Assembly (NCBI GenBank): GCA_964016885.1
Contig: OZ024763.1
Location: forward strand, 15,438,001-15,502,000
Direction of reading: 5' to 3'
Source: Eledone cirrhosa
Lineage: Eukaryota
Length of the DNA: 64,000 nucleotides
Both the position numbers and the translations under genes were made by a program. The notes beneath the pieces are model-generated. The model was not told where the DNA came from. It was given only the letters and a program-made list of their open reading frames with translations, and searched no databases. Of the stretch, positions 51,214 to 64,000 are shown one piece after another (the stretch's first letter is position 1; every line of letters starts with the position of its first letter).

Positions 51214-53310
51214 ACAGTCATATGATGTTGAGTCATGTCATAGCTATTTTATGATGTTAGAGCATATAACTGTGGACTTCAGTCATATGGTGTTGTGTGA
51301 TATCATAGCTATGTTATGATGTTGTTGGAACATATCATAAATCTGGACTGCAGTCATATGATGTTGAGTCATGTCATAGCTATTTTATGATGTTAGAGCA
51401 TATAACTGTGGACTATGGTGTTGTGTGATATCATAGCTATGTTATGATGTTGTTGGAACATTTCATAACTCTGGACTGCAGTCATATGATGTTGAGTCAT
51501 GTCATAGCTATTTTATGATGTTAGAGCATATAACTATGGCCTTCAGTCATATGGTGTTGTGTGATATCATAGCTATGTTATGATGTTGTTGGAACATATC
51601 CTAACTCTGGACTGCAGTCATATGATGTTGAGTCATGTCATAGCTATGTTATGATGTTAGAGCATATAACTGTGGACTATGGTGTTGTGTGATATCATCA
51701 CTATGTTATGATGTTGTTGGAACATATCATAACTCTGGACTGCAGTCATATGATGTTGAGTCATGTCATAGCTATGTTATGATGTTTGAGCATATAACTG
51801 TGGACTTCAGTCATATGGTGTTGTGTGATATCATAGCTATGTTATGATGTTGTTGGAACATATCATAACTCTGGACTGCAGTCATATGATGTTGAGTCAT
51901 GTCATAGCTATGTTATGATGTTTGAGCATATAACTGTGGACTTCAGTCATATGGTGTTGTGTGATATCATAGCTATGTTATGATGTTGTTGGAACATATC
52001 ATAACTCTGGACTGCAGTCATATGATGTTGAGTCATGTCATAGCTATGTTATGATGTTTGAGCATATAACTGTGGACTTCAGTCATATGGTGTTGTGTGA
52101 TATCATAGCTATGTTATGATGTTGTTGGAACATATCATAACTCTGGACTGCAGTCATATGATGTTGAGTCATGTCATAGCTATGTTATGATGTTTGAGCA
52201 TATAACTGTGGACTTCAGTCATATGGTGTTGTGTGATATCATAGCTATGTTATGATGTTGTTGGAACATATCATAACTCTGGACTGCAGTCATATGATGT
52301 TGAGTCATGTCATAGCTATTTTATGATGTTAGAGCATATAACTATGGACTTCAGTCATATGGTGTTGTGCGATATCATAGCTATGTTATGATGTTGTTGG
52401 AACATATCATAACTCTGGACTGCAGTCATATGATGTTGAGTCATGTCATAGCTATTTTATGATGTTAGAGCATATAACTGTGGACTTCAGTCATATGGTG
52501 TTGTGTGATATCATAGCTATGTTATGATGTTGTTGGAACATATCATAACTCTGGACTGCAGTCATATGATGTTGAGTCATGTCATAGCTATGTTATGATG
52601 TTTGAGCATATAACTGTGGACTATGGTGTTGTGTGATATCATAGCTATGTTATGATGTTGTTGGAACATATCATAACTCTGGACTGCAGTCATATGATGT
52701 TGAGTCATGTCATAGCTATTTTATGATGTTAGAGCATATAACTGTGGACTTCAGTCATATGGTGTTGTGTGATATCATAGCTATGTTATGATGTTGTTGG
52801 AACATATCATAACTCTAGACTGCAATCATAAGGTGTTTAGTCATATCATAGCTATTTTATGATGTTGGAACATATAACTGTGGACTTCAGTCATATGATG
52901 ATGTTGAGTGATATCATAACTATGATTCCAGAGTTGTTATGACATTTATTGGATCATAACTATGATCTATAGAGATCTGATGTCAATGCATCAAATCATA
53001 GCTATGATCTAGAATGATGTCACAGAATTGTATCATATATCTCTTGACTACAGTCATATGATGTTGAGTCATGTCATAGCTATGCTATGATGTTGATGGA
53101 ACATATCATAACTGTGGACTACAGTCATATGGTGATGTTGAGTCATGTCATAGCTATGTTATAATGTTGTTGGAACATATCATAACTGTGGACTACAGTC
53201 ATATTATGTTGAGTCATGTCATAGCTATGTTATGTTGTTGGAACATATCATAACTGTGGACTACAGTCATATTATGTTGAGTCATGTCATACAGTTACTA
53301 TGATTTATGG
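51214..53310. repeat. 136-bp satellite (~12 homogeneous units, degenerate right end)
   Basis: tgcagtcatatgatgttgagtc at 51741, 51877, 52013. Confidence 0.95.
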
Positions 53311-53562
53311 AGATGTGATGTCAATGCACCATATCATAACTGTGATCAAGAACGACGTGACAGAAATATATCATATCATAACTATGATATATTGAGTTAC
53401 AACATTGCATGATATAAAAACATGGAAACCATTTGTAGAATAAATAAATATAACAAGAGCCAATAAACCGTTCATGTATTTGTTTAGTAAGTTATTGATT
53501 TTTAACCCCTTCAATACCACTCACCATTAAATCAGAGGATCACTGGCAGATAGAAATCCACC

Positions 53563-53995
53563 GGCCAACCAAACAACCGATCAGTCAGCCAAACAATCAA
53601 GTAACCAGCCATCCAACTAAGCAGCCAACCAGCCAACCAACTAACCAAACAACCAAACAACCAACCAAACAACCAGCCAGCCAGCCAACCAAGCAACCAA
53701 CCAATCAACCAGCCAGCCAGCCAAACAACCAGCCAGCCAGCCAACCAAGCAGCCAGCCAGCCAACCAAGCAACCAGCCAACCAGCCAGCCAACCAACCAG
53801 CCAGCCAACCAAGCAACCAGCCAGCCAACCAAACAACCAATCAACCAGCCAGCCAACCAAACAACCAGCCAGCCAGCCAACCAAGCAATCAGCCAACCAA
53901 CCAAGTAACCAGCCAGCCAACCAAACAACCAATCAACCAGCCAACCAGCCAACCAAACAACTAACCAAGTAACCAGTCAATCAACCAAACAATCA
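53563..53995. repeat. (CCAA/CCAG)n tetranucleotide repeat
   Basis: Direct reading. Confidence 0.92.
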
Positions 53996-54189
53996 CACAA
54001 AATCTAAGTGAAGCTTATACTAAACCCCCTCTAAGACTACATTATCTAATAATGTATCATTCTGTCTTGTTGTTGACACAGTGTATCTAGGACTACATTA
54101 TCTAATGTGTTCTGGTTATGTTTAGCCACAGGTCAGTTCTGATGATGTAGAGTCATGATCATACATCCAGCTGTGATCATACTATTCTA

Positions 54190-57100
54190 CAAGGAAGAAC
54201 ACATTAGATAATGTAGTCCTAGATACACTGTGTCAACAAGAAAGGACACATTAGATAATGTAGTCCTAGATACATTGTGTCAACAACAGTAAGAAGAAAG
54301 GACACATTAGATAATGTAGTCCTAGATATACTGTACCAACACCAAGGAAGGACACATTAGATAATGTAGTCCTAGATATACTGTGTCAACACCAAGGAAG
54401 AACACATTAGATAATGTAGTCCTAGATACACTGTACCAACACCAAGGAAGGACACATTAGATAATGTAGTCCTAAATACACTGTGTCTATACCAAGGAAG
54501 GACACATTAGATAATGTAGTCCTAGATACACTGTGTCTACACCAAGGAAGGACACATTAGATAATGTAGTCCTAGATACACTGTGTCAACACCAAGGAAG
54601 GACACATTAGATAATGTAGTCCTAGATATACTGTGTCTACACCAAGGAAGGACACATTAGATACTGTAGTCCTAGATACACTGTGTCAACACCAAGGAAG
54701 GACACATTAGATAATGTAGTCCTAGATATACTGTGTCAACACCAAGGAAGGACACATTAGATAATGTAGTCCTAGATATACTGTGTCTACACCAAGGAAG
54801 GACACATTAGATAATGTAGTCCTAGATACACTGTGTCAACACCAAGGAAGGACACATTAGATAATGTAGTCCTAGATATACTGTGTCAACACCAAGGAAG
54901 GACACATTAGATAATGTAGTCCTAGATATACTGTGTCTACACCAAGGAAGGACACATTAGATAATGTAGTCCTAGATACACTGTGTCAACACCAAGGAAG
55001 GACACATTAGATAATGTAGTCCTAGATATACTGTGTCAACACCAAGGAAGGACACATTAGATAATGTAGTCCTAGATATACTGTGTCTACACCAAGGAAG
55101 GACACATTAGATAATGTAGTCCTAGATATACTGTGTCAACACCAAGGAAGGACACATTAGATAATGTAGTCCTAGATATACTGTACCAACACCAAGGAAG
55201 GACACATTAGATAATGTAGTCCTAGATATACTGTACCAACACCAAGGAAGGACACATTAGATAATGTAGTCCTAGATACACTGTGTCTACACCAAGGAAA
55301 GACACATTAGATAATGTAGTCCTAGATATACTGTACCAACACCAAGGAAGGACACATTAGATAATGTAGTCCTAGATATACTGTGTCTACACCAAGGAAG
55401 GACACATTAGATAATGTAGTCCTAGATACACTGTGTCTACACCAAGGAAAGACACATTAGATAATGTAGTCCTAGATATACTGTACCAACACCAAGGAAG
55501 GACACATTAGATAATGTAGTCCTAGATATACTGTGTCTACACCAAGGAAGGACACATTAGATAATGTAGTCCTAGATACACTGTGTCAACACCAAGGAAG
55601 GACACATTAGATAATGTAGTCCTAGATATACTGTACCAACACCAAGGAAGGACACATTAGATAATGTAGTCCTAGATATACTGTACCAACACCAAGGAAG
55701 GACACATTAGATAATGTAGTCCTAGATACACTGTGTCAACACCAAGGAAGGACACATTAGATAATGTAGTCCTAGATATACTGTACCAACACCAAGGAAG
55801 GACACATTAGATAATGTAGTCCTAGATACACTGTGTCAACACCAAGGAAGGACACATTAGATAATGTAGTCCTAGATATACTGTACCAACACCAAGGAAG
55901 GACACATTAGATAATGTAGTCCTAGATATACTGTACCAACACCAAGGAAGGACACATTAGATAATGTAGTCCTAGATACACTGTGTCAACACCAAGGAAG
56001 GACACATTAGATAATGTAGTCCTAGATATACTGTACCAACACCAAGGAAGGACACATTAGATAATGTAGTCCTAGATACACTGTGTCTACACCAAGGAAG
56101 GACACATTAGATAATGTAGTCCTAGATACACTGTGTCTACACCAAGGAAGGACACATTAGATAATGTAGTCCTAGATACACTGTGTCTACACCAAGGAAG
56201 GACACATTAGATAATGTAGTCCTAGATATACTGTACCAACACCAAGGAAGGACACATTAGATAATGTAGTCCTAGATACACTGTGTCTACACCAAGGAAG
56301 GACACATTAGATAATGTAGTCCTAGATACACTGTGTCTACACCAAGGAAGGACACATTAGATAATGTAGTCCTAGATATACTGTACCAACACCAAGGAAG
56401 GACACATTAGATAATGTAGTCCTAGATACACTGTGTCTACACCAAGGAAGGACACATTAGATAATGTAGTCCTAGATACACTGTGTCTACACCAAGGAAG
56501 GACACATTAGATAATGTAGTCCTAGATACACTGTGTCTACACCAAGGAAGGACACATTAGATAATGTAGTCCTAGATATACTGTACCAACACCAAGGAAG
56601 GACACATTAGATAATGTAGTCCTAGATACACTGTGTCTACACCAAGGAAGGACACATTAGATAATGTAGTCCTAGATACACTGTGTTTACACCAAGGAAG
56701 GACACATTAGATAATGTAGTCCTAGATACACTGTGTCTACACCAAGGAAGGACACATTAGATAATGTAGTCCTAGATACACTGTGTCTACACCAAGGAAG
56801 GACACATTAGATAATGTAGTCCTAGATACACTGTGTCTACACCAAGGAAGGACACATTAGATAATGTAGTCCTAGATATACTGTACCAACACCAAGGAAG
56901 GACACATTAGATAATGTAGTCCTAGATACACTGTGTCTACACCAAGGAAGGACACATTAGATAATGTAGTCCTAGATACACTGTGTCTACACCAAGGAAG
57001 GACACATTAGATAATGTAGTCCTAGATACACTGTGTCTACACCAAGGAAGGACACATTAGATAATGTAGTCCTAGATATACTGTACCAACACCAAGGAAG

Positions 57101-59634
57101 GACACATTAGATAATGTAGTCCTAGATACACTGTGTCTACACCAAGGAAGGACACATTAGATAATGTAGTCCTAGATACACTGTGTCTACACCAAGGAAG
57201 GACACATTAGATAATGTAGTCCTAGATACACTGTGTCTACACCAAGGAAGGACACATTAGATAATGTAGTCCTAGATATACTGTACCAACACCAAGGAAG
57301 GACACATTAGATAATGTAGTCCTAGATACACTGTGTCTACACCAAGGAAGGACACATTAGATAATGTAGTCCTAGATACACTGTGTCTACACCAAGGAAG
57401 GACACATTAGATAATGTAGTCCTAGATACACTGTGTCTACACCAAGGAAGGACACATTAGATAATGTAGTCCTAGATACACTGTGTCTACACCAAGGAAG
57501 GACACATTAGATAATGTAGTCCTAGATACACTGTGTCTACACCAAGGAAGGACACATTAGATAATGTAGTCCTAGATACACTGTGTCTACACCAAGGAAG
57601 GACACATTAGATAATGTAGTCCTAGATACACTGTGTCTACACCAAGGAAGGACACATTAGATAATGTAGTCCTAGATACACTGTGTCTACACCAAGGAAG
57701 GACACATTAGATAATGTAGTCCTAGATATACTGTGTCTACACCAAGGAAGAACACATTAGATAATGTAGTCCTAGATACACTGTGTCTACACCAAGGAAG
57801 AACACATTAGATAATGTAGTCCTAGATATACTGTACCAACACCAAGGAAGGACACATTAGATAATGTAGTCCTAGATACACTGTGTCTACACCAAGGAAG
57901 GACACATTAGATAATGTAGTCCTAGATGTACAGTGCCAACAACAAGGAAGGACACATTAGATAATGTAGTCCTAGATACACTGTGTCAACACCAAGGAAG
58001 GACACATTAGATAATGTACTCCTAGATACACTGTGTCTACACCAAGGAAGGACACATTAGATAATGTAGTCCTAGATATACTGTACCAAGGAAGGACACA
58101 TTAGATAATGTAGTCCTAGATATACTGTGTCTACACCAAGGAAGGACACATTAGATAATGTAGTCCTAGATACACTGTGTCAACACCAAGGAAGGACACA
58201 TTAGATAATGTACTCCTAGATACACTGTGTCTACACCAAGGAAGGACACATTAGATAATGTAGTCCTAGATATACTGTACCAAGGAAGGACACATTAGAT
58301 AATGTAGTCCTAGATATACTGTGTCTACACCAAGGAAGGACACATTAGATAATGTAGTCCTAGATATACTGTACCAAGGAAGGACACATTAGATAATGTA
58401 GTCCTAGATATACAGTGTCAACAACAAGGAAGAACACATTAGATAATGTAGTCCTAGATACACTGTGTCTACACCAAGGAAGAACACATTAGATAATGTA
58501 GTCCTAGATACACTGTGTCTACACCAAGGAAGAACACATTAGATAATGTAGTCCTAGATACACTGTGTCTACACCAAGGAAGGACACATTAGATAATGTA
58601 GTCCTAGATACACTGTGTCTACACCAAGGAAGAACACATTAGATAATGTAGTCCTAGATATACTGTGTCTACACCAAGGAAGAACACATTAGATAATGTA
58701 GTCCTAGATATACTGTGTCAACACCAAGGAAGAACACATTAGATAATGTAGTCCTAGATACACTGTGTCTACACCAAAGAAGAACACATTAGATAATGTA
58801 GTCCTAGATATACTGTACCAAGGAAGGACACATTAGATAATGTAGTCCTAGATACACTGTGTCTACACCAAGGAAGGACACATTAGATAATGTAGTCCTA
58901 GATATACTGTACCAAGGAAGGACACATTAGATAATGTAGTCCTAGATATACTGTGTCTACACCAAGGAAGGACACATTAGATAATGTAGTCCTAGATATA
59001 CTGTACCAAGGAAGGACACATTAGATAATGTAGTCCTAGATATACTGTGTCTACACCAAGGAAGGACACATTAGATAATGTAGTCCTAGATACACTGTGT
59101 CTACACCAAGGAAGGACACATTAGATAATGTAGTCCTAGATATACTGTACCAAGGAAGGACACATTAGATAATGTAGTCCTAGATATACAGTGTCAACAA
59201 CAAGGAAGAACACATTAGATAATGTAGTCCTAGATACACTGTGTCTACACCAAGGAAGAACACATTAGATAATGTAGTCCTAGATATACTGTGTCTACAC
59301 CAAGGAAGAACACATTAGATAATGTAGTCCTAGATACACTGTGTCTACACCAAGGAAGAACACATTAGATAATGTAGTCCTAGATACACTGTGTCTACAC
59401 CAAGGAAGGACACATTAGATAATGTAGTCCTAGATACACTGTGTCTACACCAAGGAAGAACACATTAGATAATGTAGTCCTAGATATACTGTACCAAGGA
59501 AGGACACATTAGATAATGTAGTCCTAGATACACTGTGTCTACACCAAGGAAGGACACATTAGATAATGTAGTCCTAGATATACTGTGTCTACACCAAGGA
59601 AGAACACATTAGATAATGTAGTCCTAGATACACT
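54190..59634. repeat. 50-bp satellite, roughly 110 units
   Basis: accaaggaaggacacattagataatgtagtcctagatacactgtgtctac; 43-bp deletion variants right of 58080. Confidence 0.98.
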
Positions 59635-59983
59635 ATTATTGAATAACAGACATGATGGTTACCGTTGGAGCATCGTTGATCATAGGTCTGCTGGATCAGG
59701 GTTGACCTGGGGCTAAACGACAGCAACAAGGAAGGACATTAAACAATATAGTCCTAGATATACGATATCTGAATAAAAGACAGGATGGGCACAGTCGGAA
59801 TGTTTTTCATCATAGTTAAACAGGATCAGGATTAACCTGGGGTTAAACAACAACAACAAGGAAGGACACATTAGACAATGTAGTCCTAGATACACTATAT
59901 CTGAATAAAAGACAGGATGGGCACAGTCGGAACGTTTATCATCATAGTTCAACAGGATCAGGACTGACCTAGGGCTAAACAAC
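59635..59983 (-). repeat. ~131-bp parent units containing the satellite monomer core; inverted partner at 54033-54185
   Basis: gatcagg..tgacct.gggctaaac ends near 59718, 59848, 59980; reverse complement tgtttagccacaggtcagttctgat at 54119-54143. Confidence 0.75.
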
Positions 59984-60295
59984 ATCCATAACTGCTACAA
60001 GTAAAATGAAAAAAAAATTTAGTCAGAAAGAGTTGCCTCCCTTTAAAACAAATTTCTTTGTCAACTTAAAGCAATGGTTTCCAAACATTTTACTCGCGAC
60101 ACATTTTTGAAAAAATAAGAATATGCTGACGTACTTTTAGCAGAATAGTTCTTTACAATAATATTTTTGGTTGTTCACTGTATTTCATATTGGTGTAGAT
60201 ATGATCCGAAAGAGATGATGTGTTAAAGGTGCGTGTGTAATGTTGGTAGTCCATGTAAGACCAGGGTTTCCTAACTTTTTTTTCAGTCAGCGGCC

Positions 60296-60690
60296 ACAAG
60301 AGATGTTAGCATCTGAGAGGGAGGAGGGCTGTATTGACATTCAGTTGGGCAGGATGAGGTGTCTGTTGATAGCTAGCTCTCCACCTGTGTGTAGTTGATT
60401 CAGGGACACCCTCCAAGAGATGTTAGCACCTGAGAGGAAGGGGGACTGTATTGAGGGTTGACATTCAGTTGGGTGAACAGGGCGTGATGTCTGATGCTAG
60501 CTAGCTCTCCACCTGTGTGTAGCAGATTCAGAGACACCCTCCAAGAGATGTTAGCACCTGAGAGGGAGAAGGGCTGTATTGAGGGTTGACATTCAGTTGG
60601 GTGAGCAGGACGTGATGTCTGATGCTAGCTAGCTTTCCACCTGTGTGTTGTTGATTCAGAGAAACCCTCCAAGAGATGTTAGCACCTGGG
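60296..60690. repeat. 128-bp tandem repeat (~3.2 units)
   Basis: ccaagagatgttagcacctg at 60413, 60541, 60669. Confidence 0.9.
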
Positions 60691-60898
60691 ATGGAAGAGG
60701 CCGTGTTTAGAGTCTCACAGGTTTGTTGCGTGATGAGAGAAAGAGCAGCATGTTATCAAGTATTGTTGGTACAGTACCTGACAATCCTAAGCCCTGACAA
60801 ATTTGCCAACCTTCTTGTGGTGGACCTTGGATCTCTGACCTCTGGTTTCAATCAGGTGAACAACAAGAATCTGAGACAGAATAGCAAATATGTATATA

Positions 60899-61260
60899 TG
60901 GAGGCACATGGCTTAGTGGTTAGAGCGTTGGCCTTGCAATCGAAAGGTTGTGAGTTCAATTCTCAGACCAGGTGATGTGTGGTTTCCTTGAGCAAGACAC
61001 TTTATTTCACATTGCTCCAGTTTACTCAGCTGTAGAAATGAGATGATGGGGACTGGGGTCCCTATCACTCCACTGCAAAGTGGTTGTGGAGGTGCCACGG
61101 CAAAAAAGCACCCAGCCCACACTGTAAAGTGGATGTGTAGGCGCCACGGCAAAAAAGCACCCAGCACTCACTGTAAATGAGGTTGGTGTTAGGAAGGGCA
61201 TCCAGCTGTAGAAATCAAGCCAGAATCAGTTCCCGTCCCACCCTTGCAAGCAGGGAAAAT
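60899..61260 (+). mobile_element. CORE SINE family A (two 49-bp units)
   Basis: As 2579-2962. Confidence 0.92.
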
Positions 61261-61484
61261 CATCATCATCATCATCATTTTACGTCCACTTTTCCCAGCT
61301 TGCAAGGGTTGGACGGGTCCTATTCAGCACAGCATCTCTCCACTTGTCATGGTCCTTCGTCATCCCCTCGGTGAGTTTCAGCAATCTGAGGTCAGCTCTC
61401 ACTACCTTCACCCATGTTTTTCGTGATCTACCTCTACTGCATCTCCCCTCCACTAGGACTTCCTGGCACTTCTTCACCCATCGG
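61261..61484 (-). mobile_element. RTE family A 3' fragment, tail-to-tail with the SINE
   Basis: RWVKKCQEVLVEGRCSRGRSRKTW. Confidence 0.88.
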
Positions 61485-61536
61485 ACGTAAATGATGATGA
61501 TGATGATATACTTCAACTATTTAGAGTCTGATTTAA

Positions 61537-62145
61537 CCCATTTGATACCAACCCTGCCTGAAACCGACCCTCGTTCTATAATATGAAACTGTTTTAAAGT
61601 GTCTGTATTTATATATGGTCCCATAACTCCTGGTGGAGTTGTAAGGGCACCATATAGACATACAGCATTTCTTAGGACATTTTAAACCTGGCAGAGCCCA
61701 TCTCCTCTTCAGGTCTGAATACAGCAGATTTCTTCCAGAGCAGGATAAAGAGAGTGAGAAAATGGAAATGATAAAGAGATATAGAGGAAGAATCGACCCC
61801 AATATTGACTGGTACTTTTTTATCGACCTCGAATGGATGAAAGGCAAAGTTGACCTCAGTGGGATTGGAACTCAGAGAGCAGAGATCTGGAATGAATACT
61901 ATAAAGCATTCTATTTGACATTCTAATGATTCTGTCAATTTGCCTCCTATATTAAAGTGTTTATATTTTTTATAAAAACCTTCCAACATGATTTTATGTA
62001 GGAAACTTTAAGTTATGTTCCAAACATCAGCTTAATAGGGAGAAAGTTACTTATATTAATAAATCTCTCCAAACTCCTAATTATTTTCAAAATTATCTAA
62101 AAACCACAGGCAGTGTCTTTTATTAAAAATATGATTATGAAAGGG
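61537..62145. mobile_element. Possible TTAA/piggyBac-like element containing a diverged SINE B (61790-61945, -)
   Basis: TTAA|CCCATTTGATA...TATGAAAGGG|TTAA, imperfect TIRs. Confidence 0.5.
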
Positions 62146-62224
62146 TTAAAGTGCTTATATTTATCTAAACACTTACCCAATAGCCAGGCAGACAGACAGA
62201 CCGACCGATAGATATATAGATAGA

Positions 62225-64000
62225 TTTCTTTATTTACCATAAAGGCATAAAAAGAAGGGACAAATACAAAGGGGGAGTTTACATGTAATCGAGTAAAAAG
62301 GGTGTAACATGAAAATAATCGAAAATAACCTCAAAAGGGAGGGGACGTGATGGGGGTTGCACACACCCCCGAAAAAGTGTGCAATCCTTTGCCCGGGGAG
62401 CACATGGAGAAGGTGCTCCCCTCTCCTTTACTTCTTTACCTACAGGATGGTATACAGAGAAGGCCCATTTACACGAGCCATTCTCGCCACTATCACCCAC
62501 CTTTCATAAAACTGCCTGTGGCCAAGCACCTCTCTCTCCATTCTTATCCTTCTTCCGAAGTGATATCGGAAGAAGTAGACCAGACTATGGCCAGAGAGGA
62601 AGTTGCCTGACCTCAGACCTTTCAATCGTGTCCACCAAACAACCTCTTTCAACATGGCTATTACGCACAGAAAAACCGCCTTTGCTTCCTTTGTGAAGAG
62701 GGGAGGCGGTTTGATTGTCATCACGGACTCGGCTGTCAATTTAATCGGCGCCACCCGCGACAGCAGTTGTTCGGCGTAGCCCCACAGATCAGCCACGCCC
62801 GGACATTGCACCAATGCGTGCGCCACGGTTTCTTCGTGACGCACGCATCTAGGGCAAATCTTTTTTGAGGGATCCCTGCCCGGGCGCCCGTGTCTGTAGA
62901 GCCTCTCTCGAACGGGTAGAGCCCCTCGGTAGCACTGCCAGGCCAGTGACTTCTGGAAGTTGTCCATTGGTCCTGGGCCGAAAGTCCTACCGAACAGGCT
63001 GGCCAGTTCGTCTTCCTCCATGTCCAGCGACTCTCCAAGGGTGTCATCGCCCCTGCTAGCCACCAGCCCTCTATAGAATGATGAGGTGGATTCTCCACCG
63101 ATGGCCCGGCCCGCTTGCCAGAGAGCCCTGAGCGCCTGAGCACACTCAGTGTGCCAGTCTCCCAGTTTTCCGGATCTTTGCTTGACCCAGGACTGTAGCT
63201 CGGTGAGTGAGACGAGTCTCGGAAAGGCTCGTTTCACGAACGGAGCCCACACCGGTTGACCAGTGAGGAATACCTGTAGGTGCCGTAGCCTTAATGCGTG
63301 CCTACGCATCATCAACCACGGCATCCCCAGCCCTCCTTTCGAAGGTTGTTGGCAGCAGATGGATCTTCTCACCATAGGAGGACGCTTCTTCCAAAGAAAT
63401 TGGAAGAGCATGCGTTCCATGGTGGTGAGTGTTTCCTTAGGGCAAGGCACGACAGTCAGGCGGTAGTAAGTGACGGACGCTATGTAAATGTTCGCCACCT
63501 CCGCCCGGCCTTTTAGGGACAGCTTACACTTGGCCCATTTCTGGGTTAGTGCAAACACCTTGTTCGTAACCTCGTTCCAGTTCTTTTCCACCTGGAGGTC
63601 CGGTCCAAACCAGACCCCAAGCAACTTTACCGGGCCCTCCGTCCAGTGTCCGACGACACCATCGGGAGGCATCGGTCTGCCTCTCCACGTTCCGAGCTGC
63701 AGCCCGATGGATTTTTCCCGGTTCAGTTTCGCTCCTGACAACCTTTCGTACTCCTCCAGTAAGGTACCGATCGCCTCGATCTCCGAGTCGGTTGATACCA
63801 TTACTGTTACGTCATCGGCGTAGGCCGACACCGCTTTGCTCAATCCTGGTTCCAGGGGGATACCCTGCAACAACTCCAACTTCCTCAGTAAAGGCTCGAG
63901 AGTCAATACGTAGAGAAGGGAGGAGAGAGGGCACCCCTGTCGAATGGATCGTGTGATTTCGAACGGCTTCGAAAGGTAGCCGTTCACCTTGATCCTAGAA
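62225..64000 (-). mobile_element. L1/Tx1-clade non-LTR retrotransposon (runs off window)
   Basis: GC-rich intact ORF; 3' end aataaagaaa followed by (TCTA)n-like sequence. Confidence 0.93.
62440..64000 (-). CDS. Tx1-like ORF2 C-terminal part: RT + CCHC zinc finger (5' incomplete)
   Basis: SIRQGCPLSSLLY, SAYADDV, SGAKLNREKS, KLLGV, KGGLGMP, CPRCVRHEETVAHALVQC; frame open to window edge. Confidence 0.93.
   Translation of the reverse strand, partial: SRIKVNGYLSKPFEITRSIRQGCPLSSLLYVLTLEPLLRKLELLQGIPLEPGLSKAVSAYADDVTVMVSTDSEIEAIGTLLEEYERLSGAKLNREKSIGLQLGTWRGRPMPPDGVVGHWTEGPVKLLGVWFGPDLQVEKNWNEVTNKVFALTQKWAKCKLSLKGRAEVANIYIASVTYYRLTVVPCPKETLTTMERMLFQFLWKKRPPMVRRSICCQQPSKGGLGMPWLMMRRHALRLRHLQVFLTGQPVWAPFVKRAFPRLVSLTELQSWVKQRSGKLGDWHTECAQALRALWQAGRAIGGESTSSFYRGLVASRGDDTLGESLDMEEDELASLFGRTFGPGPMDNFQKSLAWQCYRGALPVRERLYRHGRPGRDPSKKICPRCVRHEETVAHALVQCPGVADLWGYAEQLLSRVAPIKLTAESVMTIKPPPLFTKEAKAVFLCVIAMLKEVVWWTRLKGLRSGNFLSGHSLVYFFRYHFGRRIRMEREVLGHRQFYERWVIVARMARVNGPSLYTIL

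Noticed and set aside
54139-54165. CTGATGA at the satellite flank
   Set aside because: No stem II or GAAA follows
54190-59634. CRISPR-like array (hairpin repeat + variable segment)
   Set aside because: No unique spacers, only about three recurring variants; eukaryotic context; no cas genes
60072-60300. hAT-like termini caatggtttccaaac and cagggtttcctaac
   Set aside because: No matching opposite TIR or 8-bp TSD found
60676-60975. 99-aa ORF as a host exon
   Set aside because: Starts in a tandem repeat, ends in a SINE, no recognisable domain

Overview
Repeat-dense, AT-rich animal genomic DNA with no recognisable host gene. The repeat repertoire (RTE LINEs with (ATG)n tails, tRNA/CORE SINEs, large (TA)n tracts) suggests a coleoid cephalopod such as Octopus; this is inference. 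Contents: (1) one near-full-length RTE-clade LINE (4283-7550, -) plus many truncated copies of at least two RTE families; (2) the 3' part of an L1/Tx1-clade retrotransposon (62225-64000, -) and two short relatives, all abutting (GATA)n; (3) two tRNA-derived SINE families; (4) TTAA-flanked piggyBac-like MITEs, a Tc1/mariner MITE and Helitron-like pieces; (5) tandem arrays of 32, 49, 50, 72, 95, 128 and 136 bp. The main unannotated signal is more than 15 minimal type-I hammerhead ribozyme motifs (intact, variant or half) from about 10 different sequence families. Most sit in short non-coding fold-back elements next to (TA)n, as expected for Penelope-like retroelement pseudo-LTR remnants. Other highlights are apparent (GATA)n target specificity of the Tx1 family, a ~300-bp gene-conversion tract between inverted LINE copies, and a double-hairpin 50-bp satellite enclosed by inverted copies of its parent element. 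Coordinates and pairings were read by eye and may be off by a few bases.
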